Shown here piece by piece: positions 12,297 to 25,006 of a stretch of DNA of 64,000 bases (positions within the stretch are counted from its first letter, which is position 1; each line of letters begins with the position of its first letter). A model generated the notes under the pieces. That model worked only from the letters and a program-made list of their open reading frames with translations, did not search any database and had not been told where the DNA came from. The DNA is from Lingula anatina (Eukaryota > Animalia > Brachiopoda): assembly GCA_051362555.1 (NCBI GenBank), contig CM120646.1, positions 4,898,001-4,962,000 on the forward strand, read 5' to 3'. The translations under genes and the position numbers were made by a program.

Positions 12297-14459
12297 TATA
12301 AGCATAGGCAACTCAAAGCTTTAATCGTCCTTTCTATTTTGAGGTGAGACAGCAATCGGTATGGGGCCTAACTTTATTCTTGAACAAGATTTTATCACGA
12401 AATTGGCAACAAGAGTGTATAGGCTACAATCCTGTGCCGTCATTTTGGTTAATTGGTTTTGTTATGAATTTATGGAGTTACGAGCCTTGAATTACAGATT
12501 TTCATTAAACAAATGTATCATTTGTTTTATCAATAATCAAATCTAAACTAAGACATTTAAGAAAAATCGCTGACAGGATTTTGGAGTACCAAAGGTGTCA
12601 TTAAATCAGCGTTAAAACGGCGATCGTGGGTGCTCAGGTAAAAGAGAAATTTGAGAAACCGATTTTCAGTTTTCATCCCAAAATTACAATTATGACGTCA
12701 TCCATAAGATGACATATGTGTAAATGTTATTTACTCACTTAACACTGAAGAATGCATAGCAATAGAAAGGAAGTTTATGGGTTTCGACTTCATTTTTATC
12801 TAACTGTTATTTATGATGCCAATGTCCATCTGCTTATTGAACCAAATACACTCCTCCATCGCACTGAAAGTGTAACGAAACTGAGGGGCCGTGTAAAAGA
12901 GAATCCCACCCTCCATTTATAAATAACTCATGGCCAATTTAAACAAATAGATCATATGGGTTTTAAATTTTTAAACAAAGAAATCGATGTTTAATACTTT
13001 GGAGTCGCATTTTCAGGAAAAAAATAATAGGGTGCCTTTTCGAACGCCTGGTGCTACGATTCTATATTCTATGGAAAATTGAAAATTGGCTTCCATCAAA
13101 TATGCTGTACGTAAAGCGCGGTAACAGTGTCCAATGGTGTTATCACGTTGCATCTATTCTAAGAAAACAAAAGCGAACACGATGATTTGGTATTAAGTTA
13201 CCCATTTTGCTTTGTGATACAAGCACGAATGCTTGATTTAATTCTGTGGACATTGCGCGAATACAATAACGACTGATGTTCGGGTATTATTTTTATCACA
13301 ATTGAGATGTTCTCCTTTGTTGTATGGTGGTCATTCAACATGTTAGGGTCGTGTCCCTACACACAAGCATCTTTTCAAAACAAAGTCGGTATCGCATGTT
13401 CGGATAACATTTCTACCACAATTCAGAGTTCATTCTTGTTTGTGCAGTCACCATTAAGATATCTTTAGTCTGAATGTATTTCCCGCTATCGCAATTACCT
13501 TTTCAAACCAAACCGGGAATCGAATGGCAAATTTAACAGTATAATTGTGTAGTGTAAAAAATATCCTATTTATTGTCTTTCTGGCTTGAAAAAAAACCCG
13601 CTGTGTGACTCTTGGGGACAGAACCTTAGTGGTCGCCATGCAGTGAGCATTTGCCCAGAGAACCACCTAGAGTATAATCTACCATCATGAATTGATTAAA
13701 TAAGTGGACGCCAATAACATCTTTTGTCACATGAACTGATTAATTAAGATTAAATTGAATAACACTGACGTTGAGACACCGTTGTGTTAGTTTTTTATTC
13801 AAGAGTTCAATATCACCTGCATCTCACAACCACATTTTAATTCTTCCTGGCGTTGAGAAGAATACTGCAAACCTGGTGATTTAAACCCACCGTCACACTT
13901 ATTCAAAATCAGCAGGAATCAAGCAGAACCAAATTTCATACTATATTTGGGAAGAAATTTCAAATTGACCTAAATTCTTGTAAGAATGTAGTTGGAATAC
14001 ACTGAATGCGCTTGAATCCGCCTGGAATGATTCCTGCACATTTCGGCTGTATTAGCTCTCAAATGCAGCTCGAATGTAGTTGGAAAACTAGGAATATCAA
14101 TAATGCTTTCAGAATGCAGTCAGAATATTTAGAATACATTTCGAATGCCGTACGAGTGCAGTTCGACTGCTGGCTGAAATAGGATCGAGATGCACTCGAG
14201 TTGCATTCTGGCTCATTCTAGCAGGATTTGAAGTGTCTTGCCATTTCGGTTCTCCCTCGAATGTAATCAGAATGTTTCGAATGCTGTTGGAATGCCGTAA
14301 GAATATTTAAAATGCAGACATAGTGCAGTTAGAATTGTAAGAACAAAATGATTGTATCAAACTTTGTTTATGGTTTATTGCACCAGATATGCTGAGCAGG
14401 CACGTCTATCACATTCCTTTAATAAAAGGACCCCATTAGCATAAGTGAATAGTCCTAGT

Positions 14460-14872
14460 TGTCACACCCAGGAGAGTGTGGGTCAGTTAGGTGTGTGCTG
14501 CAGAGGAGTGCAGAGGTGTAGAAATGCAGTGGCAATTTCATGTTTACCCAGTAGAGACATAATGGTAAGATGTTTATGCCAATTTTGTACATAATGTATT
14601 TTATCAGTATTGCTTTGTTAATATTATATAATTTATTCATTAATAACCTGGTTGCTAAATTTATTTAATTTGTAATTTGTATTATAAACTCAGATGTTAT
14701 GTGAGAAGTGGTGATACCAGCTAGACAAATAAGTGACAATTGTATTTTCTTTGTTTTAGTTACAAGGCTGTTTCAACCTGAGAATATTTGAAAATAAAGC
14801 TCAAGTAAAGGAATATGCCAGTTGTCATTTGCCTCGTTTTTCTGTGGCCCCTGCGAGCTACAAAGTGTAACA
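14460..14872 (+). mobile_element. 5' LTR of a BEL/Pao retrotransposon (413 bp)
   Basis: Termini TGTCACAC...GTGTAACA (TG..CA, 7/8 inverted repeat), internal AATAAA at about 14793, immediately upstream of the gag ORF. No second LTR is present. Confidence 0.7.
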
Positions 14873-14946
14873 TTGCTGAAAAGAAAGCCACGCCCTAGTG
14901 AAACTCACCATTGAGAAACCTCTGCCAGATTGATATAACTGTTGCT

Positions 14947-17802
14947 ATGTCTGAAAAAAGGAAGACCCCCACGATGAGGGAAGACATTATTACTGAAAGG
15001 GCCGAAGCGCTCAAATTGTCTAGGGCCTCCTATATGGGCAAATTAACCAAACTTTACCATGATATAGACATTTTAATGGTGGATTTTAGCAACTACCTAC
15101 CAGTTATGAAGAAAAGGGAAGCTGTAAGCGAGATATTCGGTAGACTTTCCCAGACTCACCAAGATTATATTGACATCCTCTATCATCTAGATCCAACCAA
15201 AGCAGAAGAAGCTAATGAAGTTTTTAGCTGCGTACAAAGCAACAAACAGGAATTCGATCGTCGATGCAGAGAATGGGAGGAAACAAGAGCCAACCAAAGA
15301 CAACAAGAGACAGCCACTTTAAAGGATGACGCTAAAGAAGAAGCCTCCAGCAACGCTAGTACCTCCTCTTCTCGCAGGTCAACAGCCTCAAGTAGGGCGA
15401 GTGAAAAACTGATGGAATCAAGAGTGAAGGCACAAGTAGCAAAGCTGAAATTACAACAACTGTCAAATGAAGAGGATGTGAAACTGAAGCTGTTAATTGA
15501 TGAGCAGGAATATGAGCGCAAGAGACGTAACAGTGAAAGAGAAGCTAAGCTGTTAGAAGTAAAAAATGAAGCTGATCGCGCTGAACTAGAAGCTAAATTG
15601 TGGGCTGAGGAAATCGCCAAGTGGGACGATATTTTACATGAACAGTTGGCAAATAAAACTGAAATAAATACTTGTTGTATTTCAGGAGTAGTTCCTGATT
15701 CTTTAACATCTGTTGCTAATCCTGTATATGTTACCTCCCCGATGACATCACTTGGTTTCAGTGTTCCCCACTCTCCCACTGTACATGATAGTCAACATTT
15801 AGATGTGCCATTAGCTGCCGTCAGTGCTACCCGACCTCCAATGCTGAATACCACTGCACCGTCAGAAAGTCAGCGTGTTACCCCGCCGATGTCCATTACA
15901 CCGCAGCAGATTAATGTGACACCAGCCAGTGTGACCTCGTCAGTTCAAAGTACCTTCCAGAATGTCATACACTCTCCAGCTGTGTATCCAAATACACTGG
16001 TGGTCAGCCAGCAGGACAGCAGACAGGACACTCTTCTCTTTCCATTGCAGCATATGGTTCAAAGTATGAATATGCCAAAGCGTGAGTTTTTGTATTTTGA
16101 TGGGAATCCTCTTGATTATCCTTCTTTTATCAAGAACTTTGAAATAAATGTTGAAGATCAAGTGCAAGATAATCGTGTCAGACTGTCATATTTGATTCAG
16201 TTTTGTACAGGCAAAGCAAAGAGTGCCATCAAAGATTGTATAATTTTACCTCCAAATCAAGGTTACCAAGAAGCAAAAAATATTTTGTTTACGCATTTCG
16301 GTCAACGACATGTTGTGATACGCAATCTCATCCAAAGGTGTACTACAGGTCCAGCTTTGAAGCCACAGCAATGTGTAGAATTATCACTGTTAGTCAGAGA
16401 TATGAAATCTTGTTTGTTGAGCTGCAGACAGATGGGATACAGCGGTGACCTCAACTCCTTTGACACCATGAGCCAAATAGTTAAGCGGCTTCCGTTACAT
16501 TTACAGAGTGAATGGGCCAAGGAAGCAGGCAGAAGGCAGTCAGGACTACATGGGAATGTTGATGTGACCTTTGAAGATCTAACGAACTTCCTCGAAAATA
16601 AGGCTGTTATAGCTAATTCAAGTTATGGCATGCTGATTGGTTCCAAACCAGACAAGCCAAGTGGTCACGTCATATCAAGATCCAAACCAGCACACAGGGT
16701 GACAACAAGTGCAACAGCAGCAACTGTCCAGCCATCATCCAGCCACACAAGTCACAGTGAAACCAAATTTTGTTTGTTTTGTAAAATGAAAAACCATGAT
16801 TTATCTCATTGTTTTAAATTTGCAAAGTTGCCATATATTGAAAGAAGAGAATTTATCAGAAAAAATAAACTATGCAATCTGTGTTTATCATGTGAACCCC
16901 CACACTTTGCAAGAACTTGTCGTGTGAAACAAGGGTGTACCATTGAAGGTTGTGGAAAAAGACATCACACTCTCATGCATTCAGTATCATCTCCTCAGGG
17001 TGCGGACACAGATCCCTCACCAGGTGATGTGGCATCGATCAGCTTTGGAAGAGTTAAAAGGCAGTCGTCCCGCACTGTGCTCCCAGTGGTACCCGTCAGA
17101 GTGTGTAGTCAAAGTGGAATAGAAATACAAACATATGCATTTTTAGATAGTGGTTCAGATTCCAGCATTTGTTTATCCAGTCTAGCTGAAAAATTGTCAG
17201 TTAAGGGAGAGCCAATTAAATACAAGCTGTCCACAATGAATGCAGAGAACGTTGTCCATGGAAGGGAAATCCAGCTTGAAGTGAAACACCTTACCTCCAA
17301 TGAAGGCATTATGATTGACCGACTTTTGACGGCAAACACGCTACCTGTGTTAAGTAGACAAATACCAAGTGTTGAAGATATTTCATGTTGGCCACATCTT
17401 AAGGGCATTGAACTACAGGAATTAGAGCAGAAGGAAGTTGGAATCCTCATTGGCTGTGATGTTACTGAAGCCCATTGGTCACTTGATGAACGCCGTGGTA
17501 AGAAGAAACAACCAGTTGGTGTAAAAACAATCTTAGGTTGGACTATCATGGGCCCCATCGATGAAAAAGGCAGTGAATCGCCATCAGTTAATTTCATTCA
17601 CTTGGATCAGACCATCAATTGCAGTGCTCCCATAGAGTGCATGGAATCAGTTTCCATGAAGCTTGAACGGATGTGGATGACGGAATTCAATGAAAATTTA
17701 GCTGATGTGAAGGACGGCATGTCTATGGAAGATCGGCGAGCTAAAGATATAATGGACAAGTCAGTAGTTTTAGTTGACGGCCATTATCAAATTAGCGAAT
17801 AA
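14947..17802 (+). CDS. BEL/Pao Gag-protease polyprotein (951 aa from the first ATG), truncated just before RT
   Basis: Coiled-coil N-terminus, DUF1759-type FDGNPLDYPSFIKNF..RLSYLIQFCTGKAKSAI, three Cys/His knuckles (CLFCKMKNHDLSHC, CNLC..HFARTC, CTIEGCGKRHHTLMH), aspartic protease AFLDSGS and ILIGCD. Stops at DGHYQI, where Pao Pol normally continues into the pre-RT LPW motif. Confidence 0.9.
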   Translation: MSEKRKTPTMREDIITERAEALKLSRASYMGKLTKLYHDIDILMVDFSNYLPVMKKREAVSEIFGRLSQTHQDYIDILYHLDPTKAEEANEVFSCVQSNKQEFDRRCREWEETRANQRQQETATLKDDAKEEASSNASTSSSRRSTASSRASEKLMESRVKAQVAKLKLQQLSNEEDVKLKLLIDEQEYERKRRNSEREAKLLEVKNEADRAELEAKLWAEEIAKWDDILHEQLANKTEINTCCISGVVPDSLTSVANPVYVTSPMTSLGFSVPHSPTVHDSQHLDVPLAAVSATRPPMLNTTAPSESQRVTPPMSITPQQINVTPASVTSSVQSTFQNVIHSPAVYPNTLVVSQQDSRQDTLLFPLQHMVQSMNMPKREFLYFDGNPLDYPSFIKNFEINVEDQVQDNRVRLSYLIQFCTGKAKSAIKDCIILPPNQGYQEAKNILFTHFGQRHVVIRNLIQRCTTGPALKPQQCVELSLLVRDMKSCLLSCRQMGYSGDLNSFDTMSQIVKRLPLHLQSEWAKEAGRRQSGLHGNVDVTFEDLTNFLENKAVIANSSYGMLIGSKPDKPSGHVISRSKPAHRVTTSATAATVQPSSSHTSHSETKFCLFCKMKNHDLSHCFKFAKLPYIERREFIRKNKLCNLCLSCEPPHFARTCRVKQGCTIEGCGKRHHTLMHSVSSPQGADTDPSPGDVASISFGRVKRQSSRTVLPVVPVRVCSQSGIEIQTYAFLDSGSDSSICLSSLAEKLSVKGEPIKYKLSTMNAENVVHGREIQLEVKHLTSNEGIMIDRLLTANTLPVLSRQIPSVEDISCWPHLKGIELQELEQKEVGILIGCDVTEAHWSLDERRGKKKQPVGVKTILGWTIMGPIDEKGSESPSVNFIHLDQTINCSAPIECMESVSMKLERMWMTEFNENLADVKDGMSMEDRRAKDIMDKSVVLVDGHYQISE

Positions 17803-19840
17803 GAGCTACAAGAACTTACAAGAATACTATCATAATGCCATTCGATAATTTTCCACTTGGAATGCACTTCGAAAGTTTTTAACATGAGCAAAATAATCGG
17901 GCCGGCCACAAGAATGGGTAAAAATATTTGGAATGACTCGGAATTTTTGGATTGCTCTTCGAATATCCAGGAACGCACAAAGAATTGTCTTTCCGACGGC
18001 ATTCTTGCTCATTCCTCCCCTAGTGTGACGTGGGTTTAGCGAATAAGATTGATTGCAAGAGTGAGAGTAATTGTAAGATGTTACCCACAGTACAGAGCAA
18101 GCAAAGTAATACACTTAGCAAAGTATCAGCGGGCTTAATGTCAAGTGAGACTAAAAAAGGTGAGTTTATGAATCTATTCCGATACATGGCCGTACAGACA
18201 GGCACACGAAAAATTGTAGAAACCCCTCCTGAATTCTGGAGATAGGTAAACAATATCTAGTTCTGGGGGGGGGGGCAGTTCAGTAAATGTTTAGTGCGTT
18301 ATTGTGTAACCGACTGGCTGAATGACAATAACTTAAGAGCGGACGACCAAAATAGTTTCAGAACACAAAGATCATGTATTTGCATTCAAATGCATTGTTG
18401 AACCAACACATAAGCTTTTGCCAAGTTCAATGATTTACAAAAATATTTTCATAACGTTTTATTGCTTAGATATAGCTATTATGTTATATAAGTTAAAGAT
18501 AAATATTTTTCAACACTCGATAAAATTTTCTATTTACCCCATCTATGAAATAAATATTTCACTTACTCCCATTCTTGACTTCCATTGCCTCGCCTTCCAC
18601 AAGTCAAAACAATTAAAACTCAAAAATCGAAAAGGTGTTATATCGACTACTTGTCGCCCATACAAAAAGGCTTTCGGTGATCACTTGTTTTCAATTTAGA
18701 AACAGGAATTTTCTTTGACTTCGGTTACCATGCATTTTTATGCATTTTTCAAGATCATATGACTTTAAATCAATCTGTATTTACGAGATACACTTGTTTT
18801 CTGTCTTCCTAAAATGTTCCTTTTTCTAAATTACTTTGTCTGGACTAGTTCCAGCTTCAGATGCCCTGGTTTTGTCTGAATGTTCTCCTCGCTGTGGAAC
18901 GTTATTAATTTTTCATAAGTTTCTCTTGGTTTGTTCAAAATCTAGTTCTCCGCTGGTTCTTGCAGTTGAAATTATATTTGTGCTCTGAATGAATGTTGTA
19001 TAAAAAAACAAAGTCTGCTGTGCATACAATTATACAATTGTTGAGCGTGCAGCACTGACTGCCCAAATATTTGATCTAGGTACGACTGCCTGTTGCCAAA
19101 CTGAAGTGTTCTAATGCAGTCAAGAAAATACCTAAATTCTGATGTTCATAACTACCATAAAAGATTTTTGAAACGAACCTTTTATTCAGATACATAAATG
19201 GCAGTCTCTTACATATATAGTGAAAAATGAATTCTGAGGTTGAAACAGTTAAAGATTTTACTATCTTAGCATATATATCTCTGATGATTTAAAATGTCGC
19301 ATCAACAAAGACAAAATCATTTGTACGGCTTAGCAACGCGTCCTTAATTCATCCGTTGTTAGATATAATTCCATACCATCCAAGAATTGCTGGTAATTTA
19401 AAATTTTACCAGGAGGTGCTTGGGGTGTGTTGACACTCTCCTTCACAGCCTGGTATGGTAGCGCTACTGTGAAAAACAAGAATCGCCTCGATAGCATAGT
19501 GAAAACTGGTGGGGCAGAAATTATTTCCACTGGAATTCTATATGAGAGGTGATTGCTTAAGAAATTTAATTAGTCAATCCAGAGACTCTGGTCATCCAGC
19601 GAATAGTTTGTTCAAGTCAATGACATCAATGTCTCCAATTGGACCTTTTGATCAATTAACGGGTCACACAGATTGTCATTTTTATGTATATGTCAAAAAA
19701 AGCAGTGACATACATGCAATTAAGCGGTTTGGTCCCTCAAACACCTTTCCCTTCTTAATCGTTAATTAATATCTCGTTCTATCCGTCAGATTACAGTGCA
19801 AATGTTTATCTGAATATCAATTAAGTAATCAAATATCTTT

Positions 19841-22597
19841 CTACGACAGACATGTAATAAAAACCATTAGCACAAAACGCCAAAGAAAATAACTTCGCGA
19901 GACAGAGGATGCTGGAGAGTCTGTTTTCTTTATGGCTTCTTCCGGCACGGTAGAACTGAGCGGTTCAGATGTGTTCCTCACGAGGCTCACTTTAAAAGTG
20001 ACCCCTTTATGATTTTTTATAGGGTGAACTTGTCGAAAATAAGCGTCGATTTCATCAGTAAAATTCTCGAAAAATAGTTGAGCCTCGTTGATGTGGTCAA
20101 CGCTCTTCCGTAGCCACACGGGAAAAGTAGTAGTGAAGAAATCCCTCTCGTAGTTTGGGAAGACACATTCACGCATATCCCCTTCAGCGATCGTCCATGC
20201 GCCGTATGGAAAAAATTCTGAAATATCTTTCTCAACAAAAAACAACTTATATGTCGTGCAAAGTGGCTCGTGGCTACATGGGTACTCTAGGTGCTGTTTG
20301 GGATCGAATCTAAGAGTTAGGAAGAAAGGAAGGTTACGCATATGACGAAGGGGGGGTGAACAGAAAATTTGCCCCTCGGAACATCCATCGCCTTGTATAC
20401 TCGTGTTCTGAAAGAGAACGCCAAGTGCTTTATGAATATTAAACATGCTAGACTGTCGATAATTGTTTAAAATGGCGTCTAGATTGAATATCCTAATTAG
20501 TGTTTTCAGCAAATAACATATTTCCTACAAAATATTTTGTTCATTACATATTGGCATATTTGAGAAAAAATTAATGTGGCATATTTAAAATGAACAGATT
20601 TGATAAAAGTTAAATGTGTTTTGATGTTTTCATCTATGTACTAATTCAGAAACCTGAGTTTCCTCCTTTTAATTTAAATGTCCATACATGCAAATTGATT
20701 ATGATCCGCTCAGACATTGCAAATGGAGACAATGGGTTCACTTACATTTGATGTTTTTCGTTTATAGGTCTGGATTGAGAAAGGTAAGTTGCTTTGAAGG
20801 ATTTTTAAATACAAATAAGACTTTGTCAATTTCGAAACGTGAATAGAATACCTCCGTTGCTTCAATTTCAATTTTACGCATTTGCAGATACAGAGTATCA
20901 TATTTCAGCCAACACCTGTTGGGAGATAGCAGTAAGACACAGTAGTAGGCCATTATTCTTTTAAGAAAACATTCATTTATGCTTACGTTATGCAGTTCCC
21001 TTTGGCAAAGCAATTCCCTTTGAACATCTATAACTGCAGAAAAGCCAAGCGGTTCAATTGTTTTCGTCTTTCTGTTACCTGTAAAATAGGATTAATCTCA
21101 ATGATAAAGTTACACAATTGCATATATTTTGGCCAAAGATGTCGTTTTTCATCAAAAGACAAAAACCAGATGTGAACAAAATAAGAGTTAGCACAAAAAC
21201 TGCAACTCTTGCGGGTTAACCTAAACTATGTCCTGAAGGAGAAAGGCCATTTACAATAATCAACTGAAATATCCGTTGAATGGATAAGGTGATAATGTCA
21301 TTCATTCAACTCTAGCAACAAGTTGTCAATGATGTTTTAACCGAAAAACGGCGTGTCAAGAGTTAACATGGGAAATATATATATTTTTTTTTTATTTAAA
21401 ATAAAGTGGCTCACCAATGTCATCACATTTTTTTATCTCCAGGTGTATTTCCTGCGGCAAACCACAAATCCAACAGAAAATGTTTCGACCAAACGAGTAA
21501 CCGAAGGGGTCATGATAGTAGGTCACCGACACGGGGCCAAACTCACAAAGTCTGGTAGATTCGGGGTCAGCGTCCCGTAAGCACTTTCCATTATTCAAGA
21601 TTCTTCCAGGATCATGACTTCCCTGAGGACCAATACAAGGGCGTCCAGGGTAAAAGTCCGGGGTATCAAATAATAGCATGCAATCGTCCATATGCAAAAT
21701 CAAATGCAAAATCTCAGTAACAGTGCGAACTTTTTGAAAGGTTTCTTCTTGTGTAATGTCACAAGCAATCATGGGTTTCCATGCTTTGTGTGATGTAACT
21801 TTGTGACAGGTGGCGCAGAAAATGTTTTTGAATGTGACGTTTGCCTCCGTTGACGAAACAGGCAGCATGATATTAATGTCATTAGACCAGCCTTTGAACT
21901 CGCATTTTTGGCGGACAACTTCATCATGCCAATGACTTGGACATGAAGAGACAATCCAAAAATACCTACGGTTTACACCCAATATCTGTTTGTTCCCCTG
22001 TAGCCAACACTCTGTGTCATTTTTGCTTATCTCAATCCCCGTGACTTTTGTCTCCCTACAGTATTGATTGTATGGCCAACAGCAGTCTCCAAACACGTTA
22101 CACAAATCGTCACAGAAGCAGGTGACCAGAATCATGTCACCTATCGACTCCCCACTACGATTGACACAGAACGGGGTGTTTATCGTGACGTTAAACGGTA
22201 TCAAACTTTTCGTCGGATATATTTTTGAACTAGCTTCATCGTTTGTGGGGGATATTGAAACGGGTCGGAAAGGATGGTCCGCTAATTCAGAATCATTTTG
22301 GCGTGGACTCCTAGGGCTTGTGTATACCCGGGAGTTTGATTTCGCCACTTTCGCTGTGACGTAAGAGGAACCATTCCTTTCGTCAGTGAACATCTTCCCT
22401 GTTGTTTGCTTCCCCTCGACTGATTGGTGACGGCCGTCACTGAAGTTTGTCAAGAAAAATGGTGTTGAAGACGAGATTAATGTAGCATTACTCCAAGTCG
22501 TGGGATAGGTCGCGTTTTTCACAGTCGCAGCATTACCAATATGTGGCTGTTCTAGTGTGACGAAAACACATAATGCCAGCATTAGTAACAACGCCAT
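19841..22597 (-). CDS. SMB-like/Cys-rich GPI-type glycoprotein, array copy 2 (598 aa). Exons 22597-21415, 21033-20987, 20407-19841
   Basis: Paralogue of copy 1 with the same exon lengths (1183/47/567), splice sites and phases. No stops in the spliced frame. Confidence 0.85.
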
Positions 22598-24446
22598 TGT
22601 CAGCTGTTCGATATTTTTGTGTATGCCACGCAGCAGTGCTTCCAGGGGTTTTTATAGACATGGATGGCTTCTTTTGATTGGCTAGCATATCTAATATAGT
22701 GCTGCAAAGGTGACCTTTCTTATTAGGAGTCACGCTATGTACAGTGTGATGATAAATATGCACCTGTGACAATGTAAACCACCACTGGTCTTTTTATGAG
22801 TGGTCGTTCAGCATTCTTGCGTTTTTAAAATGTTTTAAGTAAAATTGGGATGTGTAGACGTTATTTCTACAGACATCTTTGGTATAATCATTAATACGTC
22901 TGATATGCGATTTGATTGGCTACTACTTGATGCATCAACCGTTAACAGTTCATAGGGCTTCATAAAATGGAATTCTTCAGGCGTTTGTAGAACTCATTAG
23001 TAAGCTTGGTAGACGTCTCGATTATGTCTTTAATGAAACATCACATTAAACCGTCTCGAGATTTAGTGGTGTCATAATAATTAGTATTATTCTAAGTTGT
23101 ATAAGGTCTCGCTTTTGTCAAGCCGTCAATATCCCCTGTATGCCACTGCAATTTCGAATGTAATTTGTTGCAAGTGTTAAGGGCTCAACAATGGCGGTTT
23201 TGTGGCCAGGATCGGTGTGTTGCCGTTTTGACTTGTTGTTCCGATCACTTAGTAAGTGACTGTGAAAATTAATTGCTTTTGTTTTGTTTTAAACTTATAA
23301 ATTGTTAAAGCTCAGTAAATGTCCATCCATTGTAGTTCAGCTTCAGATCTATATTCTTTTATCTAAATGATACAAAAAAGGAAAAAAAGAAAATAAACAT
23401 TTACGCCAATGTCACTCAAATCATCTCTGTTACTGCTTTCATAACTTGACAATAAGTATTTGGTCTTGGTTAAGAAGCACTGGTACATTTAAGATTATTA
23501 TGTACCTCAGTATCTGCATGATATATGTAAAACAAAAAACCATGGGAAAACCAAATATGGCTATCTACTGTGCATGCATATTATTTAATAAAATGTTATT
23601 AATTTGTTGACAAAACTTGGACTAAATGATATTGTAGCCCTTTATTATCATCCAGATACCGAAACTGAGTTGCTTTCTGCATCTAACTATTCTATTATGC
23701 ATCTAGCTTTGTGCTGATTTAAAACAATGAAAAAACAAAACAATATAAAATATCAGCCTTTATATTTATCGTTGCAATGTATAAGCAACTTAAAGCTTTA
23801 ATCGTCAATTTATCGCCTTTCTATTTCGAGGTGATTAACAATCGGTATGGCGCGTAACGTTATCCCGGAACAAGATTTTATTACGAAAATTGGTCGAGTT
23901 TTACAAGCGTGTATAGGCTACAATCCCGTGCCGTCATTGGTGTTAAAATGTTTTTGTTGTTAGGAGCTCCTATTACAGATTTTCATTAAATGAAGGCATT
24001 ATTTTGCTTTATCGACGATAAAATCTAACTGAGACGTTTAAGAATCGCTAGCAGGAATTTGGAGTACTAAATGGTGTCATTAAATCGCTGATCGTGGGTG
24101 CTCAGGTGAAAGAAAAATTTAATTTCAGTATTCATTCCAAAATCCCAATAATGACGTCACACATAAAATGACGCGTGTCATTTTGTAAAATGTAAATGTC
24201 AATTACTTTGGTCACTGAACACTGACGATTTATTTATTACCCAACAGAATGTCTGTATGTAAGGCAGTAAATAAGGAGTCTTGGGCTAAGGGTAACAATA
24301 TCCTTAGGGTCTTTTGGTTTTCGCCCTCATTTATATACCTGTAGCTGTGCTTTATCATATAGATGTTTATATGCTTATTGAACCAACTAAACTAGGAAAC
24401 TCTTCCCTCGCACTGAAAGTTTAACGAAACTGATAGAGCGTGTAGC

Positions 24447-24676
24447 AACAGGGCTCCGTATCTCGAAAGGTTCGCTATGTTGCGCACGTACGTTAGTGTC
24501 TCGATTCCATAACCGATTCTATTTCGAGATACAGGGCCATGGAATCGAGACACTTGCGCACGTGCAAGTGCGTCTCGATTTCATTGCCCCGTATCTCGAA
24601 ATAGAATCGGTAATGGAATCGAGACACTAACGCACGTGCGCAACATAGCGAACCTTTCGAGATACGGAGCCCTGTT
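24447..24676. mobile_element. Foldback MITE, almost fully palindromic (230 bp)
   Basis: Ends AACAGGGCTCCGTATCTCGAAAGGTTCGCTATGTTGCGCACG / CGTGCGCAACATAGCGAACCTTTCGAGATACGGAGCCCTGTT, with complementarity continuing to the centre. A related element lies at 49802-49949. Confidence 0.85.
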
Positions 24677-24851
24677 CCGCCCTCCATTTCGTTATAATGG
24701 TTAGGGTTAGCCAGAATTGAGTAAGTCAAAATCTATGGCGAAGCTCACGCATACAAATGAATGGAAAAGAGACTCTTTGTCATAAGAAGCTCTCTGTCGC
24801 TTTACACCGACCCGAAGGACGCGCTTTTGCAGCTGCAGCGTATGCCGCTAA

Positions 24852-25006
24852 AGCCTAGGTCCCAACTGAACGTACGGGCTGCTACGTGTAGTCTACAGCC
24901 AAAAAAAATTGGGAAAACGCGGGAGTTCGTGCGTGAGGAGCACGTCCATCGTGCGACTTTTGGAGGACGGAAACCGTGCGTCCAAAACGTAGTTGGGACC
25001 TAGGCT
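24852..25006. mobile_element. PIF/Harbinger (Tourist-like) MITE, 155 bp
   Basis: Perfect 16-bp TIR AGCCTAGGTCCCAACT with TAA on both flanks. Confidence 0.8.

Larger units (their letters stand above)
13884..18036. mobile_element. TIR DNA element (PIF/Harbinger-like, TWA/TA-flanked) with GAAT-rich arms, carrying a BEL/Pao fragment
   Basis: Termini AACCCACCGTCACACT / AGTGTGACGTGGGTT. It interrupts ctggtgattttaagaatac..aagagtgagag, which is contiguous at about 3092-3131. Both arms (13884-14345, 17793-18036) are rich in GAAT/ATTC motifs. Confidence 0.7.

Noticed and set aside
14873-14900. tRNA primer-binding site after the LTR
   Set aside because: No TGG-starting tRNA-complementary tract could be recognised, so none is reported.
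15183-17597. Antisense ORFs (198 aa and 162 aa) over the Pao gene, and similar ones over the array exons
   Set aside because: They are shadow ORFs of real coding strands with no recognisable motifs.
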